Assembly (NCBI GenBank): GCA_016781485.1
Contig: JADDQH010000001.1
Span: 2,062-66,061, forward strand
Length of the DNA stretch: 64,000 bases
Origin: Chloroflexota bacterium
GTDB lineage: Bacteria > Chloroflexota > Limnocylindria > Limnocylindrales > CSP1-4
Direction: 5' to 3'
The notes under the pieces were generated by a model that was not told the origin of the DNA, ran no database searches, and saw only the letters and a list, made by a program, of their open reading frames with translations. A program made the translations under genes and the position numbers. This document shows positions 52,716 to 61,737 of this stretch, piece by piece; the stretch's first letter is position 1, and every line of letters begins with the position of its first letter.

Positions 52716-53498
52716 CTACTCGTCGCGCGTCGGTACGCCGAGGATGTTGAAGCCGCCGTCGACGTACAGCACCTCGCCGGTGACAGCCGACGAGAGATCG
52801 CTGGCGAGGAACAGCGCCGCCCGGCCGACGTCGTCGATGGTGATGTTCTTGCGGAGCGGAGCCACGTCCCTGAAGCTCCCGTACATCGACTTGAACCCCG
52901 CGATCCCCGACGCCGCCAGCGTTCGGATCGGACCGGCGCTGATCGCATTGACGCGGACGGCTCGTGGTCCGAGGTCCGCGGCCAGGTAGCGCACGCTCGC
53001 CTCGAGCGCGGCCTTCGCCACGCCCATCACGTTGTAGTGCGCGACGACCTTCTCCGCTCCGTAGTAGGTGAGCGTGAGGATGCTCGCACCCGGCCGGAGC
53101 AGCGGTAACGCGCCGCGCGTCAGAGCCAGAAGCGAGTAGCAGCTGACGTCGAGCGCGAGCGCGAACCCATCGCGCGACGTGTCGACGAACGCGCCGTCGA
53201 GCTCCTCGCGCCTCGCGAACGCGAGCGCGTGCACGAGGACGTCCAGCTCCCCCTCTGAGTCCCGCCACTTGTCGAACACCGCGTGGATCTGCCCGTCGTC
53301 CTGGACATCACACGGCTCGACGAACGTCGAACCGAGCCGCGCGGCGAGCGGGCGTACGCGCTTGTCGATCAGGCTCTCCACCGAACTGAAGCCGACCGTG
53401 GCGCCTTCGGCGTGGAGCGCCTGCGCGATCCCCCACGCGATCGAGTGGTCGTTCGCGACACCGAAGATGAGTGCCTTCTTGCCATCCAGCAGGGTCAT
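52716..53498 (-). CDS. fabI: enoyl-ACP reductase (NADH), FabI
   Basis: [20 protein letters not shown], catalytic Y...K ([12 protein letters not shown]), [13 protein letters not shown]. Confidence 0.9.
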   Translation of the reverse strand: MTLLDGKKALIFGVANDHSIAWGIAQALHAEGATVGFSSVESLIDKRVRPLAARLGSTFVEPCDVQDDGQIHAVFDKWRDSEGELDVLVHALAFARREELDGAFVDTSRDGFALALDVSCYSLLALTRGALPLLRPGASILTLTYYGAEKVVAHYNVMGVAKAALEASVRYLAADLGPRAVRVNAISAGPIRTLAASGIAGFKSMYGSFRDVAPLRKNITIDDVGRAALFLASDLSSAVTGEVLYVDGGFNILGVPTRDE

Positions 53499-53602
53499 CC
53501 GTGCGCCTCCTGCCCGTGAGAGCCCAGCTTCCCGCCGTCCTGCGGTGCTGTCCGTCAGGCGGTGCAGCAGCGCCGAGCATCATCGGCGGCTAGCATGCCG
53601 GA

Positions 53603-54265
53603 ATGCGTCACCACCGGTCGAGCCGTACCGCTCTCCGCCGCGTGGCCGGACTCCTCCTGGGGCTGGTGCTCGTGGGGTTCGGCATCTCCCTGATGGCACG
53701 GTCCGGTCTGGGGCTGGGGCCGTGGGAGGCGTTCCACCAGGGCGTCGGCCGGCAGCTGGGGCTACCGCTGGGCACTGTCAGCATCCTCGTCGGGATCCCC
53801 GTTCTGCTCGCCTGGTTACCGCTCCGCCAGATCCCCGGCATCGGGACGCTGCTCAATGTCGCGCTCGTCGGGACCACGACGAACGGCGGGCTCGCGCTCG
53901 TCCCCGTCGCATCCGACCTGCCTCTGCAAGCCGCGCTGCTGCTGGTCGGACTCGCGATGTTCGCCGTCGGATCGGGGCTCTACCTCGGCGCGGATCTCGG
54001 ACCCGGACCCCGCGACGGGCTGATGACCGGGCTGCATCACCGTCTGGGTTGGAGCATCACGCGAGCGAGGACGCTCATCGAAGTCGTGGTGATGGTCACC
54101 GGCTTCGCCCTCGGCGGGACCATCGGCGTGGGGACCGTCCTGTTCGCCTTCGGGATCGGCCCGCTCATCGAGCTCTCGCTCCGCGTCTTCGACCCGCACG
54201 GCCGCGTCCTCCGTCGGCGCGACCCGAGCGGGCCCGGGTGCGTACCCGCTGAGGCCGTCGCGTGA
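53603..54265 (+). CDS. YczE/YitT-like integral membrane protein
   Basis: Multi-TM with GLGLGPWEAF and GPGPRDGLM blocks. Confidence 0.6.
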   Translation: MRHHRSSRTALRRVAGLLLGLVLVGFGISLMARSGLGLGPWEAFHQGVGRQLGLPLGTVSILVGIPVLLAWLPLRQIPGIGTLLNVALVGTTTNGGLALVPVASDLPLQAALLLVGLAMFAVGSGLYLGADLGPGPRDGLMTGLHHRLGWSITRARTLIEVVVMVTGFALGGTIGVGTVLFAFGIGPLIELSLRVFDPHGRVLRRRDPSGPGCVPAEAVA

Positions 54266-55791
54266 GACTCGCGTTCCTCGGCGCTGCGTCCACCGTGACC
54301 GGGTCGCAGTTCCTCCTGTCCACCGATCGATCCCGTGTCCTCGTCGACTGCGGCATGTTCCAGGGATCGCCATCCGACGTCGCCCGTAACCGTCTCGATT
54401 TCGCGTTCGACCCGCGGGAACTCGACTCGCTCCTCCTGACCCACGCCCACCTCGACCACTGCGGGCTCATCCCGCTGCTCGTGAGGGAAGGCTTCCGGGG
54501 AACGATCGTGTGCACGAGGGCCACCGTGGAGCTGGCGCGACTCGTGCTTCTCGACAGCGGGAAGGTCCAGGCCGAACAGGCCAAGGACCGGCGGCGACGC
54601 GCGGAGCGGAAGGCCCGGAAGGAGCAGCAGGACGGCGACGACCGGCGCGGTCGGGGACGGCCCGGAGCGCCGGACGACGAGCTCGAGTCGGGCCTCGACC
54701 CGGAGACTCGACTACGGCTCCAGCCACCGCACGTCGAGACGTCGATCCTCGAGCCGCTGTACGACGTCGAGGACGCGGAAGCGAGCCTCGAGCTGTTCCG
54801 TGGTGTCGACTACGACGAGCCGGTGGAGGTCGCGGCGGGAGTGCGCGCTGTCTTCCGCGACGCCGGTCACATCCTGGGCTCCGCCATCGTCCAGGTGGAC
54901 GCCAGTGACAGCGACGGCAGGGAGCGGCGTCTCGTCTTCTCCGGCGACCTCGGCCGTCCCAACACCCCGATCATCCGCGACCCCACGGCTATCCTCGACG
55001 GGGCCGATTACGTGCTGGTCGAGTCGACGTACGGAGGACGGGAGCACGAGCCCGGCGAGGAGGCGACCCGGCTGCTTGGCGAGGCGGTGCAGGCGATCGC
55101 CGGTCATCAGGGCGTCCTTCTCATCCCGGCGTTCTCGATCGGCCGGACCCAGGAGCTCGTCTGGCAGCTGGACCGGCTCCTTGACGCGGGGGCGATCCCG
55201 CACGTGCCCCTCTACCTCGACTCGCCGATGGCCGCCCGCGCGAGTGACATCTACCGCCGGTACTCCGGCTATTACGACGAGGAGACGTATCGGCTGCTGC
55301 AACAGGGGGAAACGCCGCTCGACTACCCGGGCCAGCGGATCACGCGGACAGCAGATGAGTCGAAGGCGATCGAGCGAGCACCGCGGCCGATGATGATCGT
55401 CTCCGCGAACGGGATGCTCACCGGCGGCAGAGTCGTCCACCACCTTCGCGACCTGGTCGCTGATCCCGCGGCGATGATCCTGTTCGTCGGCTACCAGGGC
55501 CAGGGGACGCTCGGGTCCCACCTTCAGGCCGGGGCCGACCGTGTCCGGATCGACGGCGCGTGGCACGAGGTCCGCTGTGACGTCCGGTCGATCAGCGGCT
55601 TCAGCGCGCATGCGGACGAGAGCGAGATCCTCGACTGGCTCCGCCACTTCGCCGCCTCCCCTCGCCGTCCGCGCCGGGTGTTCCTCGTCCACGGCGATCC
55701 CGATGCGGCAGTGGCGCTCGAGGGAAAGGTCCGGCGACTCGGGCTCGAGCCGCATCGGCCGTCCTGGCGGGAGGAGATCGAGCTCAGCTGA
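54262..55791 (+). CDS. metallo-beta-lactamase / beta-CASP family ribonuclease-like protein
   Basis: GTG overlaps the upstream stop (GTGA). HAHLDHCG (HxHxDH), beta-CASP region, motif C His in GFSAHAD. Highly basic insertion (RRRRAERKARKEQQDGDDRRGRGRPG). Confidence 0.8.
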   Translation: MRLAFLGAASTVTGSQFLLSTDRSRVLVDCGMFQGSPSDVARNRLDFAFDPRELDSLLLTHAHLDHCGLIPLLVREGFRGTIVCTRATVELARLVLLDSGKVQAEQAKDRRRRAERKARKEQQDGDDRRGRGRPGAPDDELESGLDPETRLRLQPPHVETSILEPLYDVEDAEASLELFRGVDYDEPVEVAAGVRAVFRDAGHILGSAIVQVDASDSDGRERRLVFSGDLGRPNTPIIRDPTAILDGADYVLVESTYGGREHEPGEEATRLLGEAVQAIAGHQGVLLIPAFSIGRTQELVWQLDRLLDAGAIPHVPLYLDSPMAARASDIYRRYSGYYDEETYRLLQQGETPLDYPGQRITRTADESKAIERAPRPMMIVSANGMLTGGRVVHHLRDLVADPAAMILFVGYQGQGTLGSHLQAGADRVRIDGAWHEVRCDVRSISGFSAHADESEILDWLRHFAASPRRPRRVFLVHGDPDAAVALEGKVRRLGLEPHRPSWREEIELS

Positions 55792-56081
55792 GGCAACGGA
55801 CGTCGCCGGCGAGCGGAGCGGCCGGGATACGTGCAGTCCGGGAGGGAGGGGTACCAAAGTGGCGTCCCTCCTGGTCCTTTCGAGGGTTTCCTGAACGCCC
55901 GTCCCTTCCGACAGGATGAGTGCAGGTCGCGGGGCGGCAACGTGCCCGCCCCAGCGGCGGATCCATCCACATCGCACTGGGGAGAGCGACGAGGTCTTCC
56001 TCGTCGACAGGGAAGACGCGCAAAGGGCGGTCCTCGTCCTCTACGCCCCCACCCGGCGCCCCACAGACGAAGGACGACCCG

Positions 56082-58391
56082 ATGGCCCGTTCGCCGCTCG
56101 TGCCTCGCCACGCCCTGCCCACCCTTCTCGCCCTTGGCGTCGCCCTGACGGGGATCGCTGTCCCCGCCGAGCCCGTTCGCGGGGCCGAGGCCGCGCCCGG
56201 CCGCTACATCGTGGTACTCAAGGAGGGCACTGACGTCCGGAGCGCCATCCAGGGTGACGGTGGACGCCCGGGGCTCCAGCAACGGCTGGCCATCCGACCG
56301 ACGCACACCTACGCGCACGCTCTCCGCGGCTTCGCTGCGGCGTTGGACGCCGACCAGGTCCGTGCGCTCGAGGCGGATCCGTCGGTCGCGCTCGTGGCGC
56401 CGGACCTCGAGGTCACGCTCGAGGACCAGCAGACGCCTGCGGGCATCCGGCGGGTCAAGGCGCCGCAGTCGCCGGCGGCAAAGATCGACGGCGTCGACAA
56501 GCACCCGGATCGGGTCGACGCGGACGTCGCGGTGATCGATACCGGTGTCCAGGGCGACCACCCCGACCTCAACGTCGTCGGCGGCGTCAACTGCGCGCCG
56601 AACTCCGAAGGCATCGTTGATCCCACGAAGTGGGGCGACGTGGACGGCCACGGGACGCACGTCGCAGGCACCATCGGTGCCCTGGACGATACGCAGGGAG
56701 TCGTCGGGGTCGCCCCGGGTGCACGGATCTGGTCGGTCCGTGTCTTCGACTGGACGGCGAAGGGGTACCTCTCCTGGATCATCTGTGGCGTCGACTGGGT
56801 CACCGCGCAGCGCGATCCGGCCGACCCGTCCAAGCCGCTGATCGAAGTGGCGAACATGAGCCTGAGCACGCCGGGCAGTGACGACAACGCGTGCGGCACC
56901 ACCAATGACGATCTGGAGCATCAGGCCATCTGCCGCGCGGTAGCCGCAGGCACGACGTACGTCGTCGCGGCGGGGAACCAGAGCACGTGGGCCTCCACGC
57001 GCGTCCCTGCCGCGTACGACGAGGTGATGACCGTCGGCGCGATCGCCGACTTCGACGGGCTCCCGGGTGGCCTCGGCAAGTCGCCGTGCTACTCGTGGGG
57101 CGGCTACGACACCGACGATACCTACGCCGATTTCAGCAACTACGGCAAAGACGTCGACCTCATGGCGCCGGGCAAGTGCGTCTGGTCGACCTATCCGGGC
57201 AGCACGTACAAGTTCCTGTCCGGGACGTCCATGGCGACGCCCACCGTCGCCGGAGGCGCGGCGCTGTACAAAGCCACCCACCCCGAGGCCTCTCCAGCCG
57301 AGGTACAGGCCGCGCTCGTCGCGGGGGGCAACCACGACTGGGACACGGCAACGGAGCGCGACTCGTACCGGACCCGGCTGATGAACGTCGAGACCTTCGG
57401 TGGCGGCGCCGGCTTCACGCTGTGGCTCGATCGGCAGGACGGAGCGGTGGGGGCCAGCGGCGGCACGGCGACCTACACCGTTCAGGTCGCGCGCGGCGAT
57501 GGCAACGGGGAGGACATCGCGCTTTCGGTCAGCGGGTTGCCCGCAGGGGCGACGGCCGCGTTCGCGAACCCCGTCCTGTCGGGGCTCGCGGCGATCAACA
57601 CGACCCTCGGAGTCACCGTCCCCGCCGGGACGACTTCCGGTGTCTATCCCCTCACGATCAAGGGAGCAGGCAGCGGCCAGGAGGGCGAGAACGCGGCCGA
57701 AGGAAGCCTCACGGTGGACGGGACGGCGCCCGTCGTCACCGCGCCCGTCGGCCGGATCACCACCGGCTCGACGCTGCGCGAGACCGCGGTCCCCGTGAAT
57801 GTCCGTTGGTCCGCCAGGGATGAGGGGACGGGGCTGAGCAAGCTCGAGCTCAGGTTGAGCAAGGACGGCGGCGAGTGGAGGACCGTCGACACCTTCGCGC
57901 CCGCCACGACCAGCTCCGTCCGGTGGCTCACTCCGGGCCACCGCTACCGCTACCAGATCCGCGCGACGGACGTGGCGGGGAATACCGGCGACTCGGCGAT
58001 CGGCAGCACGCTGGCGCCGGTCGCCCGTCAGTCGAGCAGCAGCGCGATCCGGTACTCGGGGGCGGGCTGGAAGAACGCGTACGTCACCAGCGCATATGGC
58101 GGCGGTACGAAGTACGCCAGCAGCTCCGGCCATCGGGCCACCTTCACGTTCACGGGGCGGCAGGTCGCCTGGATCGCGCCACAGAACTACACGCGTGGAA
58201 AGGCAGACGTGTACGTGGACGGGCTCCGCGTTGCCACCGTCGACCTGTACCGGTCGAGCTACGCTCCGCGCCGGGTGGTGTTCAGCCGGGCCTGGGCGCA
58301 GTCGGGGACGCACACGCTCGAGATCCGCGTCCTGGGGACACCGTCAGGACGGCCGCGCGTCGACATCGACGCCTTCATCGTCCTTCGCTGA
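56082..58391 (+). CDS. secreted subtilisin-like (S8) serine protease with I9 propeptide and C-terminal beta-sandwich domains
   Basis: Signal peptide, propeptide (YIVVLKEG...HALRGFAA), catalytic D (VAVIDTGV), H (HGTHVAG), S (GTSMATP). ATG 56082 in frame. Confidence 0.85.
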   Translation: MARSPLVPRHALPTLLALGVALTGIAVPAEPVRGAEAAPGRYIVVLKEGTDVRSAIQGDGGRPGLQQRLAIRPTHTYAHALRGFAAALDADQVRALEADPSVALVAPDLEVTLEDQQTPAGIRRVKAPQSPAAKIDGVDKHPDRVDADVAVIDTGVQGDHPDLNVVGGVNCAPNSEGIVDPTKWGDVDGHGTHVAGTIGALDDTQGVVGVAPGARIWSVRVFDWTAKGYLSWIICGVDWVTAQRDPADPSKPLIEVANMSLSTPGSDDNACGTTNDDLEHQAICRAVAAGTTYVVAAGNQSTWASTRVPAAYDEVMTVGAIADFDGLPGGLGKSPCYSWGGYDTDDTYADFSNYGKDVDLMAPGKCVWSTYPGSTYKFLSGTSMATPTVAGGAALYKATHPEASPAEVQAALVAGGNHDWDTATERDSYRTRLMNVETFGGGAGFTLWLDRQDGAVGASGGTATYTVQVARGDGNGEDIALSVSGLPAGATAAFANPVLSGLAAINTTLGVTVPAGTTSGVYPLTIKGAGSGQEGENAAEGSLTVDGTAPVVTAPVGRITTGSTLRETAVPVNVRWSARDEGTGLSKLELRLSKDGGEWRTVDTFAPATTSSVRWLTPGHRYRYQIRATDVAGNTGDSAIGSTLAPVARQSSSSAIRYSGAGWKNAYVTSAYGGGTKYASSSGHRATFTFTGRQVAWIAPQNYTRGKADVYVDGLRVATVDLYRSSYAPRRVVFSRAWAQSGTHTLEIRVLGTPSGRPRVDIDAFIVLR

Positions 58392-58404
58392 CCGAGAGCG
58401 GGCC

Positions 58405-60078
58405 ATGACGGTCGAGATCGACGTGGCTGCCGCGGCACGCGTCCGGCGCGCGCTCGTCGCGTCTCACCTGTCCGCCCGCCCCGCGCGCCGCGGGCTCTCG
58501 GGCGTCGTCGCGCTCGTCCTCGCACTGGGCGTCGCCGTATCGCCCTCCGTCCGCGCCGCGGAAACCGCGACGTCGGAGTACCCCGCCGGGTACGAGCGGT
58601 ACCACACGTACGCCGAGGTCGGCGGCGAGGTGGGACGGGTCGCTGCCGCGCACCCCGCCATCGTGCGGAAGTTCAGCATAGGACGGTCGTACCAGGGCCG
58701 CGAACTGTGGGCGGCCAAGATCAGCGACAACGTGCTCGTCGACGAGCGCGAACCCGAGGTGCTGTTCGACGGCGGTCAACACTCGAGGGAACCGCTCGGC
58801 GTCGAGATGGGCCTCTACCTGCTCCATCAGCTCGCGACCGGATACAGCAGCGACACCCGGATCAAGCGCATCGTCGACACCCGCGAGGTCTGGATCCTGT
58901 TCATGATCAACCCGGACGGCTACGAGTACGACATCTCGGGCGGCAAGTTCCACCTGTGGCGCAAGAACCGCCAGCCGACCTCGGGTACGACCTCGATCGG
59001 GACCGACCTGAACCGGAACTACGACTACCACTGGGGCTGCTGCACCGGCTCGAGCAGCAACCCGGACAGCCTGCTCTACCGGGGTCCCTACGCGTTCTCG
59101 GCGCCCGAGACGCGCGCCGTGCGCGATTTCGTCAACAGCCGCGTCGTCGGCGGTCGCCAGCAGATCACGACCGCGCTGTCCTTCCACGTGTACGGCCGGA
59201 TCATCCTCTACCCCTATAGCCACACGTACGCGGACGTTCCCCCGGACATGACGCGGCAGGATCACGACGTCCTCGTCGCGATGTCGCGTGGGATGAGCAG
59301 CCGCAACGGCTACAGCATCAAGCAGGGCAGCGACCTGTACCTGATGTCCGGCGTGTTCCGCGACTGGCTCTACGGTCGCCACCGGATCTTCGCCTGGACG
59401 TTCGAGCTCGGGACCGCGTTCTACCCGGACCCCGACACGGCCATCTCGACCGAGACGACGAAGAACCGCAGCACCCTCCTCTACATCCTCGAGCAGGCCG
59501 ACTGCCCCTATCGCTCGATCGGCGCCGCGGCGAGCAACTGTGGCCCGCTGTTCGACGACTTCGAGATCGCGCGCGGCTGGCAGGTGAACGCGTTCGGTAC
59601 GGACACGGCGACCGTCGGTCGGTTCGAGCGGGGCGATCCGCAGGCGACCAGCTCGTCCGGCGCCAAGCAGCTCGGGACGGCGACGAGCGGCTCAGCCGTC
59701 CTCGTCACCGGCAGACTCGCAGGCTCGACCGCGTCAGCGTACGACCTCGATGGCGGGGTCACATCCGTCCGCTCGCCGGAGATCAGGCTCAGCGGTGGTA
59801 CGAGCTTCAGGCTCAGCTTCCGCTATTACTTCGCGCACTCGGCTTCCTCGTCACGCGCGGACTACCTCCGCGTGAAGGTGCTGAGCGCCGGAGGCACGAC
59901 GACGGTGTTCCAGGAGCTCGGCTCCGGCATCGACGACGATGCGTCGTGGGCGACCGCCTCGGTGGACCTGTCCGCCTATGCCGGGCAGACGGTCCGCCTG
60001 CTTGTCCAGACAGCCGATGGAGCCGGCAACAGCCTCGTCGAGGCGGCGATCGACGACGTCAGGGTGACGCGTCGCTAG
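58405..60078 (+). CDS. secreted M14-family zinc carboxypeptidase with C-terminal beta-sandwich domain
   Basis: Signal peptide. HSREPLG (HxxE) and the later His (SFHVYG). NRNYDYHWG. ATG 58405 in frame. Confidence 0.85.
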   Translation: MTVEIDVAAAARVRRALVASHLSARPARRGLSGVVALVLALGVAVSPSVRAAETATSEYPAGYERYHTYAEVGGEVGRVAAAHPAIVRKFSIGRSYQGRELWAAKISDNVLVDEREPEVLFDGGQHSREPLGVEMGLYLLHQLATGYSSDTRIKRIVDTREVWILFMINPDGYEYDISGGKFHLWRKNRQPTSGTTSIGTDLNRNYDYHWGCCTGSSSNPDSLLYRGPYAFSAPETRAVRDFVNSRVVGGRQQITTALSFHVYGRIILYPYSHTYADVPPDMTRQDHDVLVAMSRGMSSRNGYSIKQGSDLYLMSGVFRDWLYGRHRIFAWTFELGTAFYPDPDTAISTETTKNRSTLLYILEQADCPYRSIGAAASNCGPLFDDFEIARGWQVNAFGTDTATVGRFERGDPQATSSSGAKQLGTATSGSAVLVTGRLAGSTASAYDLDGGVTSVRSPEIRLSGGTSFRLSFRYYFAHSASSSRADYLRVKVLSAGGTTTVFQELGSGIDDDASWATASVDLSAYAGQTVRLLVQTADGAGNSLVEAAIDDVRVTRR

Positions 60079-61633
60079 TCGGAGTCCGCGCGTTCCCGAG
60101 CAAGGTGCGAGTGAGCATCGAGCGAGCACGCTCGTACAACGCCACGTAGTCCCTGGCCCGTCCAGCCCACGAGAAGTCCTGGCGCATCCCTCGCTGGACG
60201 AGGCGCGTCCATCGTTGCTCGTCACGGTAGGCCGCGATCGCACGCCCAGCCGCCTCGAGGAGCGCACCGGGGTCGGGGGGACCGAATACGAAGCCGTTGC
60301 CGCGATCAGGATCGGCATCCGCGTCGACGATCGTGTCTGCGAGTCCCCCCGTCCGCCGGACGATCGGGATGCTCCCGTACCGGAGCGCGATCATCTGCCC
60401 CTGCCCGCACGGCTCGAAGCGCGACGGCATCAGGAACAGGTCGGATGCCGCATAGATCCTGCGCGCCTCGTCCCGGTCGAAGCGGGCGATCACCGCGAGT
60501 CGATCCGGCCGCTCGGCCGCCAGCTCCTTGAGGGCGGTCACGAGCCGCTCGTCCCCGGTCCCCAGCACCACCAGTCGGCTGCCCGCCCGGAGCAGAGCGG
60601 GCGCGGCCGACGCCAGCAGGTCGAAGCCCTTCTGAGGATCGAGTCGGCCCACGATCCCCGACAACGGCGCACCGCGCTCGCCCCATCCGTCGTCCGCGTC
60701 CTGCTCGCTCTTGCGCCATCCGGGCTCCCCCGTGCCGAGGTCGAGGCCGAGCCTCGCCATGAGCTCCCGCTTGCACGTGACCTTGCCGGCCAGATCCTGT
60801 AGCGAGAACCGCGCCGGAAGTGCGGCGTCGGTCGCGGGATCCCAGAGCCGCGCGTCGATGCCGTTGAGGATGCCGAGGTACCGGTCACCCTTCGCGCGCA
60901 GCACGTCGTCGAGTCCGGCGCCGTATTCGGGTCCGCGCGACTCTTCGGCGTACGTCGGGCTGACCGTGTTCACGACGTCCGCCGCGAGGATCGCCTCCCG
61001 CAGCAGGTCGATCCCCTCCGGCTTCCCCACGGAACGTGCGGCCTCGCCCAGCCCGAGCTGCCAGGCGCTGCCCCGCGGCGTCCACCCGTGATACGCGAGG
61101 TTGTGGATCGTCAGGACGGTGGCGGTCCGTGCCACGAGCGGGTCATCACGGTACGCGTGCGCAAGCAGGAGCAGCGACGGTCCCGACTGCCAGTCGTGGC
61201 CGTGGATCGCGTCGACCCCGCCCTCGGAGCGGATGGCCTCGATCATCGTCCCGCCGAGGAGCGTGAAGCGCGCGGGGTTGTCGGGGTAATCGCCGTCGGG
61301 ACCGCCGTAGTAGCTGGGACGGTCGAAGCTCGGCGGATGGTCGACGAGGCGGATCCGGTAACCGTCCGCCGGCGCACTGAGCAACCGGACCGTCGTCGGC
61401 TCGAGGGGGTCGGTACCCATCGCGGACGACCGTGGCGTCCCCGTAGCGACGGGAACGGAGAGAGTCCGGGGGTCGGGATCCGGCGGTGGCACGACGTCCC
61501 GGTAGAGCGGCAGATAGACGTCGACGTCGTGCCCGAGCTCGCCCAGGGCGCGGGCGAGTGCATCAACGACATCTGCGAGCCCGCCGGTCTTGGCGAACGG
61601 CTCGCATTCCGAGGCGACCATCGCGATCCGCAC
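60059..61633 (-). CDS. glgA: glycogen synthase (GT5)
   Basis: MVASECEPFAKTGGLADVV and the GT-B layout. GTG 61633 (or ATG 61621). The 3' end overlaps the convergent peptidase gene by 20 nt. Confidence 0.85.
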   Translation of the reverse strand: MRIAMVASECEPFAKTGGLADVVDALARALGELGHDVDVYLPLYRDVVPPPDPDPRTLSVPVATGTPRSSAMGTDPLEPTTVRLLSAPADGYRIRLVDHPPSFDRPSYYGGPDGDYPDNPARFTLLGGTMIEAIRSEGGVDAIHGHDWQSGPSLLLLAHAYRDDPLVARTATVLTIHNLAYHGWTPRGSAWQLGLGEAARSVGKPEGIDLLREAILAADVVNTVSPTYAEESRGPEYGAGLDDVLRAKGDRYLGILNGIDARLWDPATDAALPARFSLQDLAGKVTCKRELMARLGLDLGTGEPGWRKSEQDADDGWGERGAPLSGIVGRLDPQKGFDLLASAAPALLRAGSRLVVLGTGDERLVTALKELAAERPDRLAVIARFDRDEARRIYAASDLFLMPSRFEPCGQGQMIALRYGSIPIVRRTGGLADTIVDADADPDRGNGFVFGPPDPGALLEAAGRAIAAYRDEQRWTRLVQRGMRQDFSWAGRARDYVALYERARSMLTRTLLGNARTPTSDASP

Positions 61634-61737
61634 GACTCGGGATGCTAGCGCCACATGGGGAACCTGTAGCACGCGCGAGATGCGTGGCTCCCTCCACGAG
61701 CCGTGGTGCCGACGGCGCTCGTGTAGCATCCCGCCTC

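Noticed and set aside
55524-58313. 929-aa minus-strand ORF
   Set aside because: Antisense shadow of the beta-CASP 3' end and the S8 protease gene. Composition is Arg/Gly/Pro-dominated and no recognisable domain is present.
60059-60078. 20-nt overlap of the convergent M14 peptidase and glgA 3' ends
   Set aside because: Short 3'-3' overlaps are common in compact high-GC genomes. No additional signal is associated with it.
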